From Halobacteriovoraceae bacterium (GTDB taxonomy: Bacteria > Bdellovibrionota > Bacteriovoracia > Bacteriovoracales > Bacteriovoracaceae): a stretch of DNA of 64,000 bases. A program made the translations under genes and the position numbers. Within the stretch, counting starts at the first letter, position 1, and every line of letters starts with the position of its first letter. Below, piece after piece: positions 9,842 through 18,759 of this stretch. The stretch is taken from positions 160,001-224,000 of the forward strand of contig CAVRCF010000002.1 of the NCBI GenBank assembly GCA_963719505.1, read 5' to 3'. The notes beneath the pieces are model-generated. The model was not told where the DNA came from, did not search any database, and was given only the letters and a program-made list of their open reading frames with translations.

Positions 9842-10972
9842 ATGAAAAACTTAATACTTATGACAATTCTTGCTTTCTCTTTTCTAGCAACGAGCTGCAA
9901 GAAAAAATACGAAGAAGGATTCGCTGCCGGAAAACTCGACGGACATGCTGACGGAAGAGTCGCAGGTTACGATGAAGGCTTTAGTGCAGGAAATGAAGCT
10001 GGATTAACTCAAGGCTATACTGAAGGATTTACTCAAGGCTCTACTGACGGTGAAGCTCAAGGTTATATCGACGGCGAAGTTTATTTTGCAACAGCTGGTT
10101 TTGATGAAGGAACAACTGATGGATACGCTTTTGGTTATGACAACGGAAACGCTGATGGTTTTGATATAGGTTATACGACAGCTTACGACGAAAACTATAT
10201 CTTAGGTCGAGCAGACGGAAACGAAGACGGAGAGCCAGTGGGAGCTGCCGACGGTTACTCTGATGGGATCGTCGACGGTGAGATCGATGGTTATAACACA
10301 GGTTATGACAATGGTTATGATGACAACTATTGGCGTGGATACAACAACGGATACGATGACGGAGAGTATAGCGCTGGTAATACTGGATACAGTTCAGGTT
10401 ATAACTCAGGTTACTCTTCAGGTTATTCTTCGGGATATAGTGATGGTGAATGGGATACTCCTTCAGATGACTCCGACTCTGATGGGTACGGAAGTTCTGG
10501 AAAATCAAGTAACCCTCAAGTAAGGCTTATTGCAATGATTAACCAAGATCTTTTTGAGTACTCTAAGCTTCAAAAATTTGATCCTGAATCGGCAACTCTT
10601 GTTATGAGTCACGCTGATAATGGAACAGTTGATATGGGTAAACTTGCCGCTCTTAAAGAGCAACATTACTTAAACCAGATGGCCCACAAGCTTAATGCAA
10701 AATTTGGTCTAGCGACTGATAGAGCTAAAGAGATTGCAAAAGTGGCGCATCAGTTTAATAAACTCGCAGGAAGTCGTGAGCTTACAGATAAAGATGCAGA
10801 TATTTTTGCAAAAGAAGTGATCGGTGTGAATTTTAAAGACGTTGAAGCTGCAGTTCAAGAGTCAATGCGTGGAAATTCAAATCTCTTAGATAAAGTATTA
10901 GGAGAGATTGCTTCGAAAAACGGGACGAGTCCTGAGAATATGAATGCAATGATCGGTTCAATTTTCTTTTAA
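9842..10972 (+). CDS. GYxxG-repeat acidic lipoprotein, paralog 2
   Basis: Lipobox ATSC+KKKY, same repeats and C-terminal domain ending SIFF. Confidence 0.85.
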   Translation: MKNLILMTILAFSFLATSCKKKYEEGFAAGKLDGHADGRVAGYDEGFSAGNEAGLTQGYTEGFTQGSTDGEAQGYIDGEVYFATAGFDEGTTDGYAFGYDNGNADGFDIGYTTAYDENYILGRADGNEDGEPVGAADGYSDGIVDGEIDGYNTGYDNGYDDNYWRGYNNGYDDGEYSAGNTGYSSGYNSGYSSGYSSGYSDGEWDTPSDDSDSDGYGSSGKSSNPQVRLIAMINQDLFEYSKLQKFDPESATLVMSHADNGTVDMGKLAALKEQHYLNQMAHKLNAKFGLATDRAKEIAKVAHQFNKLAGSRELTDKDADIFAKEVIGVNFKDVEAAVQESMRGNSNLLDKVLGEIASKNGTSPENMNAMIGSIFF

Positions 10973-10988
10973 CAGATAGGGAGTTTAA

Positions 10989-12485
10989 ATGAAGAATAGA
11001 TTTATAAATCTTCTTGTATTGTCTTCTTTGATGGTGGGTTGTAAAGCCAAGTATCAAGAAGGGTATAGCGCAGGATTTGATAGTGGTTACGAAGAAGGGT
11101 ACGACGGAGCTTATTCCAACTCTTACTCTCAAGGTCAAGGGGATGGAACGTCTCAGGGACACAGTGATGGTTTTAACCAAGGTCATGCTGAAGGGTATGA
11201 TGTGGGTTACGATCAGGCTTATGTGGAATTTGCACAAAGCGATTTCGACAACGGTGAAGCTGATGGTCAAGTTGCAGGATTCAATCAAGGTGTTGCCGAT
11301 GGTGGCGTGGTTGGTCTTGGTGATGGTCAAAATGCTGGTCAAACTGAAGGCTATCAAAATGGTTATAATACAGGTCACTCAGTGGGATACAATGAAACTT
11401 ATCAAAGTGGATTCGATTCAACTTATAGCGGTGCTTACAACGGTGGTTACACAGATGGTTTGGCCGATGGTTTTGGAAACGGACAAGCGATAGGAAACTC
11501 CGACGGACAAAGTGATGGTTATACTACAGGTTATAATCAAACTTATAACGGGGCTTTTAATCAAGGTGAAAATGCTGGTTATGCCGATGGTTATGATTCA
11601 GCTTATGATCCCGCTTATAACTCAGCTTTTAACGAAGGTGAAAATGACGGAGCGGATGACGCTTTTAATGAAGGCTATGATGATGGCTATGCCACAAGCT
11701 ATGATAGTTCATACAGCTCTCACTATAATTCTTCATACAACTCAGCTTATAATTCAGCTTACAACTCAGCTTATAATGAAGGGGATGATGATGCGTATGC
11801 CGACTCATACAACTCAGCTTATGATGCGGCTTTTGATGATGAATACGACTACGGTTACGCCGATGGATTTGACGACGAATACTACTCCTCTTATGACTCG
11901 GGCTACAGCTCGGGGGATGCAGATGGGTACAGTGATGGCTACAGCTATGGATACGATGATGGATGGGATGATGGTTACGACTATGCCCTGGGCTTTTCAT
12001 CGACATCAAAAAATCCAAGTGTAAGAATTGCAGCTCTCGTTAACGCCGATCTTATTAACTACTCAGCACTTCCTCGTTTTGAAAGTCGCTCAGCACTTGA
12101 GAGCGGATCAATTGTTCTGTCTCACGCCGATGGTGGAAGTGTTGATATGGAAAAACTTGGAGCGATGAAAGAGCAGCACTATTTAAATGCTATGAGCTCT
12201 CAACTCGAGTCTCGTTTTGGTCTTTCAAAAGAGTCCTCTCAAAAGATGGCCCTCGTTGCCCACCAGTTTAATAAGATTGCAGGCTCTAGAGAAATGACTG
12301 ATGCCGATGCTTCGACATTTACCAAAAAGCTTATCGGTTTTGATATGACTGAAATCGATGGTGCTGTAAGACAGTCAATGCGAGGCGATTCAAACCGTTT
12401 GGATCAAATTATGCAAACGGCTTCGCAATCAGTGGGAACAAGTCCCGAACAATTTAACTCAATGATTCAAACAATATTTTTCTAA
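10989..12485 (+). CDS. GYxxG-repeat acidic lipoprotein, paralog 3
   Basis: Lipobox MVGC+KAKY, longer repeat stalk including YNSA repeats, same C-terminal domain. Confidence 0.85.
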   Translation: MKNRFINLLVLSSLMVGCKAKYQEGYSAGFDSGYEEGYDGAYSNSYSQGQGDGTSQGHSDGFNQGHAEGYDVGYDQAYVEFAQSDFDNGEADGQVAGFNQGVADGGVVGLGDGQNAGQTEGYQNGYNTGHSVGYNETYQSGFDSTYSGAYNGGYTDGLADGFGNGQAIGNSDGQSDGYTTGYNQTYNGAFNQGENAGYADGYDSAYDPAYNSAFNEGENDGADDAFNEGYDDGYATSYDSSYSSHYNSSYNSAYNSAYNSAYNEGDDDAYADSYNSAYDAAFDDEYDYGYADGFDDEYYSSYDSGYSSGDADGYSDGYSYGYDDGWDDGYDYALGFSSTSKNPSVRIAALVNADLINYSALPRFESRSALESGSIVLSHADGGSVDMEKLGAMKEQHYLNAMSSQLESRFGLSKESSQKMALVAHQFNKIAGSREMTDADASTFTKKLIGFDMTEIDGAVRQSMRGDSNRLDQIMQTASQSVGTSPEQFNSMIQTIFF

Positions 12486-12497
12486 AAGGGAAGACAA

Positions 12498-13982
12498 ATG
12501 AAAAACGTAATACTACTTATCATTGCAATCACCTTTTTAGGGACAGGTTGTAAGAAAAAATACGAAGAAGGTTTTGCAGCCGGAAGAGTGGATGGTCTCT
12601 CTGAAGGAACGGCAGATGGAAGTGCAACCGGTTATAACGATGGTTTTAATAGCACCTACCAAGGAGCTTTTAACGATGGTCATAGTGAAGGTGTAACCGC
12701 TGGAACGAATGATGGTTTTAACGACGGTGAAGCTTTTTACTCTTCACAAGACAATTATCAAAATGGTTTCGACCAAGGGTACGCGGATCAATACAACCCG
12801 GGTTACTCGCAAGGTTATGATGATCAATATGCAGCAGGTTATGCTCAGACTTATCAAGGGGCCTTTAATAACGGTGAAGCCGTGGGTTACCAAGAAGGAC
12901 TTGTAAATGGTTTTCAAACTGGACAAGCGGATGGAACTTCTACTGGGTACAGCGATGGATACAATGACGGAGAAGCGGTAAACTTTCAAGCCGGTTATAA
13001 TAATGGTTATAGCTCTGGTCTTCAAACTGGTCTGCAAAATGGTCAGACTGCCGGTCAAACGGAAGGTTTTAATAATGGTTATACTGTTGGGCACTCTTCT
13101 GGTTCAAGTGATGGCCATAGTGATGGTGATAGTGACGGGTACGCCGATGGTTATAATGCTGGAGACAGTTATTCAAATTACCAGCAAGGTCAAAATGCCG
13201 GTTCAAGTGACGGAAACTATGATGGATCAAATCATGGCTCAAGTGATGGAGCGAATGATGGGGCCTACTATGGTGACGGAGATGGTTATAGCGATGGGTA
13301 CGCTGATGGGCAAAACTCAGGAACCTATGATGGAGACTATGATGGGGCCAATGCTGGATATAGCGCTGGTTACTCAGATGGTGCATGGGATGGTTCAGGT
13401 TCTGGCTTTGATGATGGGTATTATGATGGTTATGATGATTCATTTGATTACGGTTACGATGATGGATATGACGATGGATGGGATGATGGCTACTACGCTG
13501 GATCGAGTTCAAAAATAAATAATCCTCAGGCGAAACTGATGGCCATGATTAACCAAGATCTTTTTGAATATTCAAAACTTCAAAAGTTCGATGGATCAGT
13601 GGCGACAATCGGATTAAGCCACGCGGATAACGGAACAGTTGATATGGGGAAACTTGCGGCCCTTAAAGAGCAGCATTATCTCAATCAGATGGCCAATCAG
13701 CTTAACTCAAAATTTGGTCTCTCTGCTGATCGCGCTAAAGAGATTGCAAAAGTTGCTCATCAATTTAATATGCTCGCTGGAAGTCGTGAACTGACGGAAA
13801 AAGATGCAGACATCTTTGCCACTGAAGTTATCGGTGTGAATTTGAAAGAAGTCGAAGGTGCAGTAAAAGAATCGATGAGAGGAAACTCAAATCTATTAGA
13901 TAAAGTTTTAGAGAGGATCGCTTCAAAGAACGGTACAAGTTCTGAGAATGTAAATGCTATGATTAGCACTATCTTCTTCTAA
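12498..13982 (+). CDS. GYxxG-repeat acidic lipoprotein, paralog 4
   Basis: Lipobox GTGC+KKKY, long repeat stalk; C-terminal domain very close to paralog 2. Confidence 0.85.
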   Translation: MKNVILLIIAITFLGTGCKKKYEEGFAAGRVDGLSEGTADGSATGYNDGFNSTYQGAFNDGHSEGVTAGTNDGFNDGEAFYSSQDNYQNGFDQGYADQYNPGYSQGYDDQYAAGYAQTYQGAFNNGEAVGYQEGLVNGFQTGQADGTSTGYSDGYNDGEAVNFQAGYNNGYSSGLQTGLQNGQTAGQTEGFNNGYTVGHSSGSSDGHSDGDSDGYADGYNAGDSYSNYQQGQNAGSSDGNYDGSNHGSSDGANDGAYYGDGDGYSDGYADGQNSGTYDGDYDGANAGYSAGYSDGAWDGSGSGFDDGYYDGYDDSFDYGYDDGYDDGWDDGYYAGSSSKINNPQAKLMAMINQDLFEYSKLQKFDGSVATIGLSHADNGTVDMGKLAALKEQHYLNQMANQLNSKFGLSADRAKEIAKVAHQFNMLAGSRELTEKDADIFATEVIGVNLKEVEGAVKESMRGNSNLLDKVLERIASKNGTSSENVNAMISTIFF

Positions 13983-14101
13983 AAATGTTCTCAAGCTATT
14001 TGTGGGTCTTTTTTAAGTGTTTAGGCCCACATTTAGTTTATTATCCCTCCCAAATGCCTATTGACCTCGACAGTTTATAATAGATAGTGAACACTAGAGA
14101 C

Positions 14102-14494
14102 ATGAATAAACCTATCATCTTTTTCGACGGTGTCTGCTCCCTTTGTAATGGGTTTGTGGACTTTATTTTTAAGTTCGATAAAAAAGAAAAACTTCTGGTG
14201 GCTTCCTTACAAGGACAGAGCGCCAAAGAGAAACTCTCTGATGAGTACATTGATGATATGAATACCATTGTTTTACTTATGGACGGAGAAATCTACACCA
14301 AGTCCCAAGCGGTCTTAAAGGCGGTTAAACTTTTTGGTCTGCCTTGGTCACTTCTAAGTGTCTTTTTAATCGTGCCAGCATTCATAAGAGATTTTATTTA
14401 TAAGAAAGTTTCAAAAAACAGATATAAACTTTTTGGCAAAAAAGACAGCTGTCGCATGCCGACGCAAAGTGAAAAAGAAAGATTTCTAGACTAG
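14102..14494 (+). CDS. DCC1-like thiol-disulfide oxidoreductase (DUF393)
   Basis: FFDGVCSLCNGFV (DxxCxxC), RDFIYKKVSKNRYKLFGK; ATG at 14102 preferred over GTG at 14087. Confidence 0.92.
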   Translation: MNKPIIFFDGVCSLCNGFVDFIFKFDKKEKLLVASLQGQSAKEKLSDEYIDDMNTIVLLMDGEIYTKSQAVLKAVKLFGLPWSLLSVFLIVPAFIRDFIYKKVSKNRYKLFGKKDSCRMPTQSEKERFLD

Positions 14495-14501
14495 AGGATA
14501 T

Positions 14502-15158
14502 ATGAATAGAAAAGCTATAGTTATTGGGGCCACAGGGGTCGTGGGACGTGAAATCGTAAAGCTTCTTGGAGAAGACGATAACTACTCCGAAGTGGTGACC
14601 TTCACCAGACGCGTGGTGGACTTTGATAATCCCAAAATTCTAAACTATGTAATCGATTTTTCTGAGATTGAAAAGTATGAAGACCTTATTGAAGGGGAGT
14701 ATTTATTCTCGGCCCTTGGGACGACGAAATCTCAAGCGGGAAGTGTGGAGAATCAAAGGATTGTCGATGTGGACTACCAGTTTCAATTTGCAAAGCTTGC
14801 CGCTCAAAATGGCGTGCATCATTATCATCTGGTTTCATCCCCTGGGGCGGATGGGCAAAGTTCAAATGATTACCTTAAAATGAAAGGGGCTTTAGAGGAT
14901 AAGGTGAAAGAGCTGGATTTTGCATCCACCACCTTTTATAAACCCTCCCTTATCGATGGGGATAGAGAGGATACAAGAGTGGCCGAGAAAATTGGAATGG
15001 TATTGGCCACACCCTTAAAGTTTATTCCCGGTCTTAATAAATATAGAAAAATCACCGGTCTGGAGATCGCAAAAAAGATGGTCTTTGAAGCCTCCAGGCG
15101 GGAAAGAGGCAAAAAAGAATACGTTTTAGATGAGTTATTTGATCTTGGAGAATCGTGA
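14502..15158 (+). CDS. NAD(P)-binding Rossmann oxidoreductase (YraR/TIP30-like)
   Basis: IGATGVVG, SALGTT, VDVDY, VSSPGA, YLKMKG motifs. Confidence 0.88.
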   Translation: MNRKAIVIGATGVVGREIVKLLGEDDNYSEVVTFTRRVVDFDNPKILNYVIDFSEIEKYEDLIEGEYLFSALGTTKSQAGSVENQRIVDVDYQFQFAKLAAQNGVHHYHLVSSPGADGQSSNDYLKMKGALEDKVKELDFASTTFYKPSLIDGDREDTRVAEKIGMVLATPLKFIPGLNKYRKITGLEIAKKMVFEASRRERGKKEYVLDELFDLGES

Positions 15159-15190
15159 TATAGTAAAGACAAATATATCAAGGAGAAAAA

Positions 15191-15370
15191 ATGAAATTAC
15201 TACAAACACTTCTACTAGCAACAACTTTACTTGGGCTTTCAAGCTGTGCAAGTCACTCTAAAAATAAATCGTGTTGTACTGGCGAAGGCGATAATAAAAC
15301 TTGTTCAATGGAAGGCAAGGCTTGTTGTACAAGTGGTGCATGTGATATCAAAAAGAAAAAAGAATCTTAA
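15191..15370 (+). CDS. Small Cys-rich lipoprotein (59 aa), absent from the ORF track
   Basis: AGGAG RBS at 15181; MKLLQTLLLATTLLGLSSC-ASHSKNKSCCTGEGDNKTCSMEGKACCTSGACDIKKKKES; terminator immediately downstream. Confidence 0.85.
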   Translation: MKLLQTLLLATTLLGLSSCASHSKNKSCCTGEGDNKTCSMEGKACCTSGACDIKKKKES

Positions 15371-15377
15371 AGAATAT

Positions 15378-15403
15378 GCCACTCGAAAGAGTGGCTTTTT
15401 TTT
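15378..15403 (+). terminator. Rho-independent terminator
   Basis: GCCACTC-GAAA-GAGTGGC followed by T8. Confidence 0.9.
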
Positions 15404-15406
15404 GGT

Positions 15407-15934
15407 TTAATAGTCAGTTTTTTTCGTGAACTGATTTCTCTCAACCACAAAAATTTTATTATAGCTTGGCGTATAGATTATCAGATACTCTGAAATCCCA
15501 TTTTGAGCAACAACACCCATGATAGAAACTTCAGCATTTCTTGTGTTTACTTTTCTCATGATTGAATCGATTTCACTTTCACTAAGAGGCTCGTCTCCAT
15601 CAGCACTTGAAAAATCCAGTGTTAAAAGATCGAGAATTTCGTACTCTTCTGGAGAGTAAGTAAAGTCCACAGATTGAACTTCAACACCTTGAGAGCTCAG
15701 TCTCGCCTCAATATGCTGTTGAGTGTGAAGATACATAAGATCAATTGAAAATTGCGTTGTCTTCTCTTCAAGAGTTGGCGATTCAAAAGAGATGCACTTT
15801 GTCGTTTGGCAAAAGTTTGTCTTTAGGATCATGCTGTACGGGGCAGGTCTATTGAGTTCCGTTAATGAGATGGCCTCAAAAGCGAATCCTTTAAGTGAGA
15901 TAATGAGTGAAAGTAGTAAAAGTATGTTTTTCAT
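15407..15934 (-). CDS. Hypothetical secreted protein
   Basis: Signal peptide MKNILLLLSLIISLKGFA from ATG 15934. Confidence 0.7.
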   Translation of the reverse strand: MKNILLLLSLIISLKGFAFEAISLTELNRPAPYSMILKTNFCQTTKCISFESPTLEEKTTQFSIDLMYLHTQQHIEARLSSQGVEVQSVDFTYSPEEYEILDLLTLDFSSADGDEPLSESEIDSIMRKVNTRNAEVSIMGVVAQNGISEYLIIYTPSYNKIFVVERNQFTKKTDY

Positions 15935-16086
15935 AGTGTCCTTATTTAGTCGGATACTAGCCTTTGACACTCAGCTTTAGAAATCTAAATTCAATTTGTT
16001 TCCTATCTATTTATTAGATACAAGAAAAACGAGTTTGACATGCCAAACAGATTGATTGTATTGTCTGTGAAAATCAAGGAGACTTT

Positions 16087-16458
16087 ATGAAAACACTTTT
16101 AATAGCATTATTACTTTCTACTGCGGCTTCTGCTCGTCAATATATCCAGTGCGCTGACTCAAATTCATGGGACAGAACAGTGATCAATCTCGACGGAGAA
16201 AACTCAACTCTTTTTATGACAACAGGCGTTCACGATCCAGATGAACTGAGAATCCTAAAAGATCTCGATTTTGTGGGAACGGATGAGTCGTTCACAACTT
16301 ATAAGACTGCAGGTGTCATTGAAGAGACAGTTGTGATCCCTAATGAATCTATCGGAGTGGCTTCAAGTTATTTTGAAGTTGAGATCACTTTGAAAAACAC
16401 CCAAAACCAAGCTCAAAGAACGAGAAGTGTTGGATGTTTTTCAAGTATCCATCATTAA
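16087..16458 (+). CDS. Hypothetical secreted protein with two Cys
   Basis: AGGAG RBS; signal peptide MKTLLIALLLSTAASA. Confidence 0.75.
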   Translation: MKTLLIALLLSTAASARQYIQCADSNSWDRTVINLDGENSTLFMTTGVHDPDELRILKDLDFVGTDESFTTYKTAGVIEETVVIPNESIGVASSYFEVEITLKNTQNQAQRTRSVGCFSSIHH

Positions 16459-17105
16459 TTAAACGGACAGACATTGAGCCCGCGCTGAGTTGCGGGCCTA
16501 TCCATACATCTCGAAAGCCAAGCATTAACATTTTTAAATTCTGAAAGTTTCAAAAATTCACCGGCCTCATAAAATTTATCTAAACACGATACCCATGGAA
16601 AAGTTGCAATATCGGCAATGGAAAAATCATCCACCAAATAATCGCGCCCCTCAAGTCTTTTATCGAGGACACCAAGAAGACGTCTGGTTTCATCGGCATA
16701 TCTTTTAACAGGGTAGGGATGATCGCACTTGTCACCTGCGTACTTATAAAAGTGACCAAACTGTCCAAACATGGGGCCGACTCCGGCCATTTGAAAAAAG
16801 AGCCACTGAATGGTCTCTAGTCTTTTTGTAGGATCTTTAGACAGAAGCTTTCCTGATTTTTCAGCGAGGTGTAAAAGAATGGCACCCGACTCCATGACGT
16901 TGACCTCTTTGCCGTCAGGGCCATTTGGATCGACGATGGCCGGAATCTTTGAGTTGGGATTAATCTTTTTAAACTCTTCGGTAAACTGATCATCGTTCAT
17001 TATGTTGATGGTATGAGCGTCGTACTCAATTCCCACCTCTTCAAGAGCGATGGATGCCTTTTGACCATTTGGTGTTGCAAGACTGTAGAGTTGGATTTTT
17101 TTCAT
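16455..17105 (-). CDS. Glutathione S-transferase (YfcG/YghU-like)
   Basis: TPNGQK, NPNSKIPAI, ESGAIL, WLFFQMAGVGPMFGQ; GGAGG RBS before ATG 17105. Confidence 0.92.
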   Translation of the reverse strand: MKKIQLYSLATPNGQKASIALEEVGIEYDAHTINIMNDDQFTEEFKKINPNSKIPAIVDPNGPDGKEVNVMESGAILLHLAEKSGKLLSKDPTKRLETIQWLFFQMAGVGPMFGQFGHFYKYAGDKCDHPYPVKRYADETRRLLGVLDKRLEGRDYLVDDFSIADIATFPWVSCLDKFYEAGEFLKLSEFKNVNAWLSRCMDRPATQRGLNVCPFN

Positions 17106-17194
17106 TTTGTTATCCTCCATTTAATTTGTTAAGTTTTATTGGTGACTAAGTTTACGTTAACCTTACAGATAAATCTGTGTAGAAAACTACAAAT

Positions 17195-17587
17195 ATGATT
17201 AAAGTTGATCGATCCGAATTTTCATTTTCCTTCTCAAGGTCCTCTGGAGCTGGCGGTCAGAATGTTAATAAAGTGAATACCAAGGCCACACTAGTTTGGA
17301 ATATGACTGAGTCTGAAGCTTGTTCAAACTTTGTCAAAGAGCGCTTTGTAAGAAAATATAAAAGATTTTTAAGTGATGGGGTGGTCTCGATAAGCTCTCA
17401 AAAGTATCGCTCCCAGGCGCAAAATATTGAAGACTGCATTGATAAATTGCACGGGTATTTTGCACAAGTGGAATTCGCACCGAAGGTTCGAAAGAAAACC
17501 AAACCCAGTCGATCCAGTGTGATTAAAAATAAAGAAAAAAAGAAAAAAGACTCTCGCACGAAATCTCTTCGGCGAGAGAAGTTTTAA
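17195..17587 (+). CDS. arfB: Alternative ribosome rescue peptidyl-tRNA hydrolase ArfB
   Basis: RSSGAGGQNVNKV (GGQ), RSQAQN, basic C-terminal tail. Confidence 0.93.
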   Translation: MIKVDRSEFSFSFSRSSGAGGQNVNKVNTKATLVWNMTESEACSNFVKERFVRKYKRFLSDGVVSISSQKYRSQAQNIEDCIDKLHGYFAQVEFAPKVRKKTKPSRSSVIKNKEKKKKDSRTKSLRREKF

Positions 17588-17588
17588 A

Positions 17589-18206
17589 TTATTGTAGTTT
17601 CAATTCTTTTAGTGCAGATAGAAGAATCTTCTCATTCATACGCACTTTATAATTTGGATTCACGTAGTTAAAATGAATCAGTCCTTCGGTGTCGATGATA
17701 TAGATGGCAGGGATTGGAAGGGAGAAGTGACTTCTTCCACTTGCCGCCTCGAGATCAATTCCATAGCTTTTGTATTTCTCTCTGGTCTCTTTATCCACTT
17801 TGAAAGTGAGATTAAAATGTTTCGCTAAAACGAGATCACTATCGGAGACCACCGTGTAGTCGAGCTTCTCTTTTTTCACCGTCTCTTGAAACTTAGAAAC
17901 TTTATCCGGGCTAACGGCAATTAACGTATAACCCAGCTTCTTTATATCTTTAGTAATCTTTCTGAGTCTCGCTAGTTGCTTATTACAATAAGGACACCAT
18001 CCGCCTCTATAAAAAACCACAACCATGGGCTTATCTTGTGCCACTGATTTAAGTGTGACTTTCTCTCCATCTGTATTTGTCACCATCAGTGATTGATCCA
18101 CAGATTGGCCATTCATCAAAGGTGCTGTGAGGTTTTGCTTTTGCATATTGTGAGAGGCACAGGAGATAAAGGTGAGGGATAAAAGAGCTAAAAGAGCGAT
18201 TTTCAT
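17589..18206 (-). CDS. Peroxiredoxin-like AhpC/TSA family lipoprotein
   Basis: Lipobox FISC; FYRGGWCPYCNKQL; LPIPAIYII. Confidence 0.9.
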   Translation of the reverse strand: MKIALLALLSLTFISCASHNMQKQNLTAPLMNGQSVDQSLMVTNTDGEKVTLKSVAQDKPMVVVFYRGGWCPYCNKQLARLRKITKDIKKLGYTLIAVSPDKVSKFQETVKKEKLDYTVVSDSDLVLAKHFNLTFKVDKETREKYKSYGIDLEAASGRSHFSLPIPAIYIIDTEGLIHFNYVNPNYKVRMNEKILLSALKELKLQ

Positions 18207-18354
18207 AATTAATTCCTTGGTTAGTTTTTATATAAGTGACATTAAGATTTCTTTCATTACAAAGCAACTGATTGATTTTGCGTATTTAATTTTTCTTAAG
18301 GTTGAGAGCCTTGCATCATTCTATGCTAATATATACTTCATAACTGGAGTTAAA

Positions 18355-18675
18355 ATGAAAGAAATTGTATTGATCGATGATGATGAGCTCATACACTTGT
18401 CTTGGAAGATGGAAGCGAAGAGAAGAGATGTAAAGTTACACTGTTTTCTATCAATTGAGGATTTTATAAAAAACGCTCAAAGCTTTTCTAAAAAGACGAA
18501 AGTTTTTATTGATATAAATTTGGGGAATGATGTTAGAGGTGATGTCGCATCAGAAGAGATTTTTAAATTAGGTTTTTTGAATTTGTTTTTAGCTTCTGGA
18601 TTCAGTGAAAGTGAAGTCTCTAAACCGTCCTGGATTAAAGATTTTTCAGGAAAGAGATTTCCCGAAAGTGTTTAA
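18355..18675 (+). CDS. Stand-alone response regulator receiver protein
   Basis: GGAG RBS, ATG 18355; IVLIDDDE, phospho-acceptor FIDINLG, LASG, GKRFP. Confidence 0.8.
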   Translation: MKEIVLIDDDELIHLSWKMEAKRRDVKLHCFLSIEDFIKNAQSFSKKTKVFIDINLGNDVRGDVASEEIFKLGFLNLFLASGFSESEVSKPSWIKDFSGKRFPESV

Positions 18676-18679
18676 AAAG

Positions 18680-18700
18680 TATACAGGACTATAATATTTT
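18680..18700 (+). repeat. Direct repeat (target duplication), left copy
   Basis: TATACAGGACTATAATATTTT is identical to 21763-21783; IR alignment suggests a core TSD of about 16 bp, CAGGACTATAATATTT. Confidence 0.85.
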
Positions 18701-18759
18701 GTTGAATCCCAGCTACTATGTCCGGTTAATATCCCAGCGATTATGTCCTACCTTGTGTG

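Noticed and set aside
8941-13518. His-rich antisense and Met-rich alternate-frame ORFs over the lipoprotein array
   Set aside because: Shadows of the GAT/GGT/TAT repeat codons, without independent signals.
8715-13982. CRISPR array or ice-nucleation protein
   Set aside because: Repeats are degenerate coding repeats without a repeat-spacer structure or cas genes, and they lack the AGYGSTxT octamer periodicity of ice-nucleation proteins.
18172-18354. N-terminal extension of the receiver ORF in the track
   Set aside because: Overlaps the divergent gene and its promoter; an RBS supports ATG 18355.
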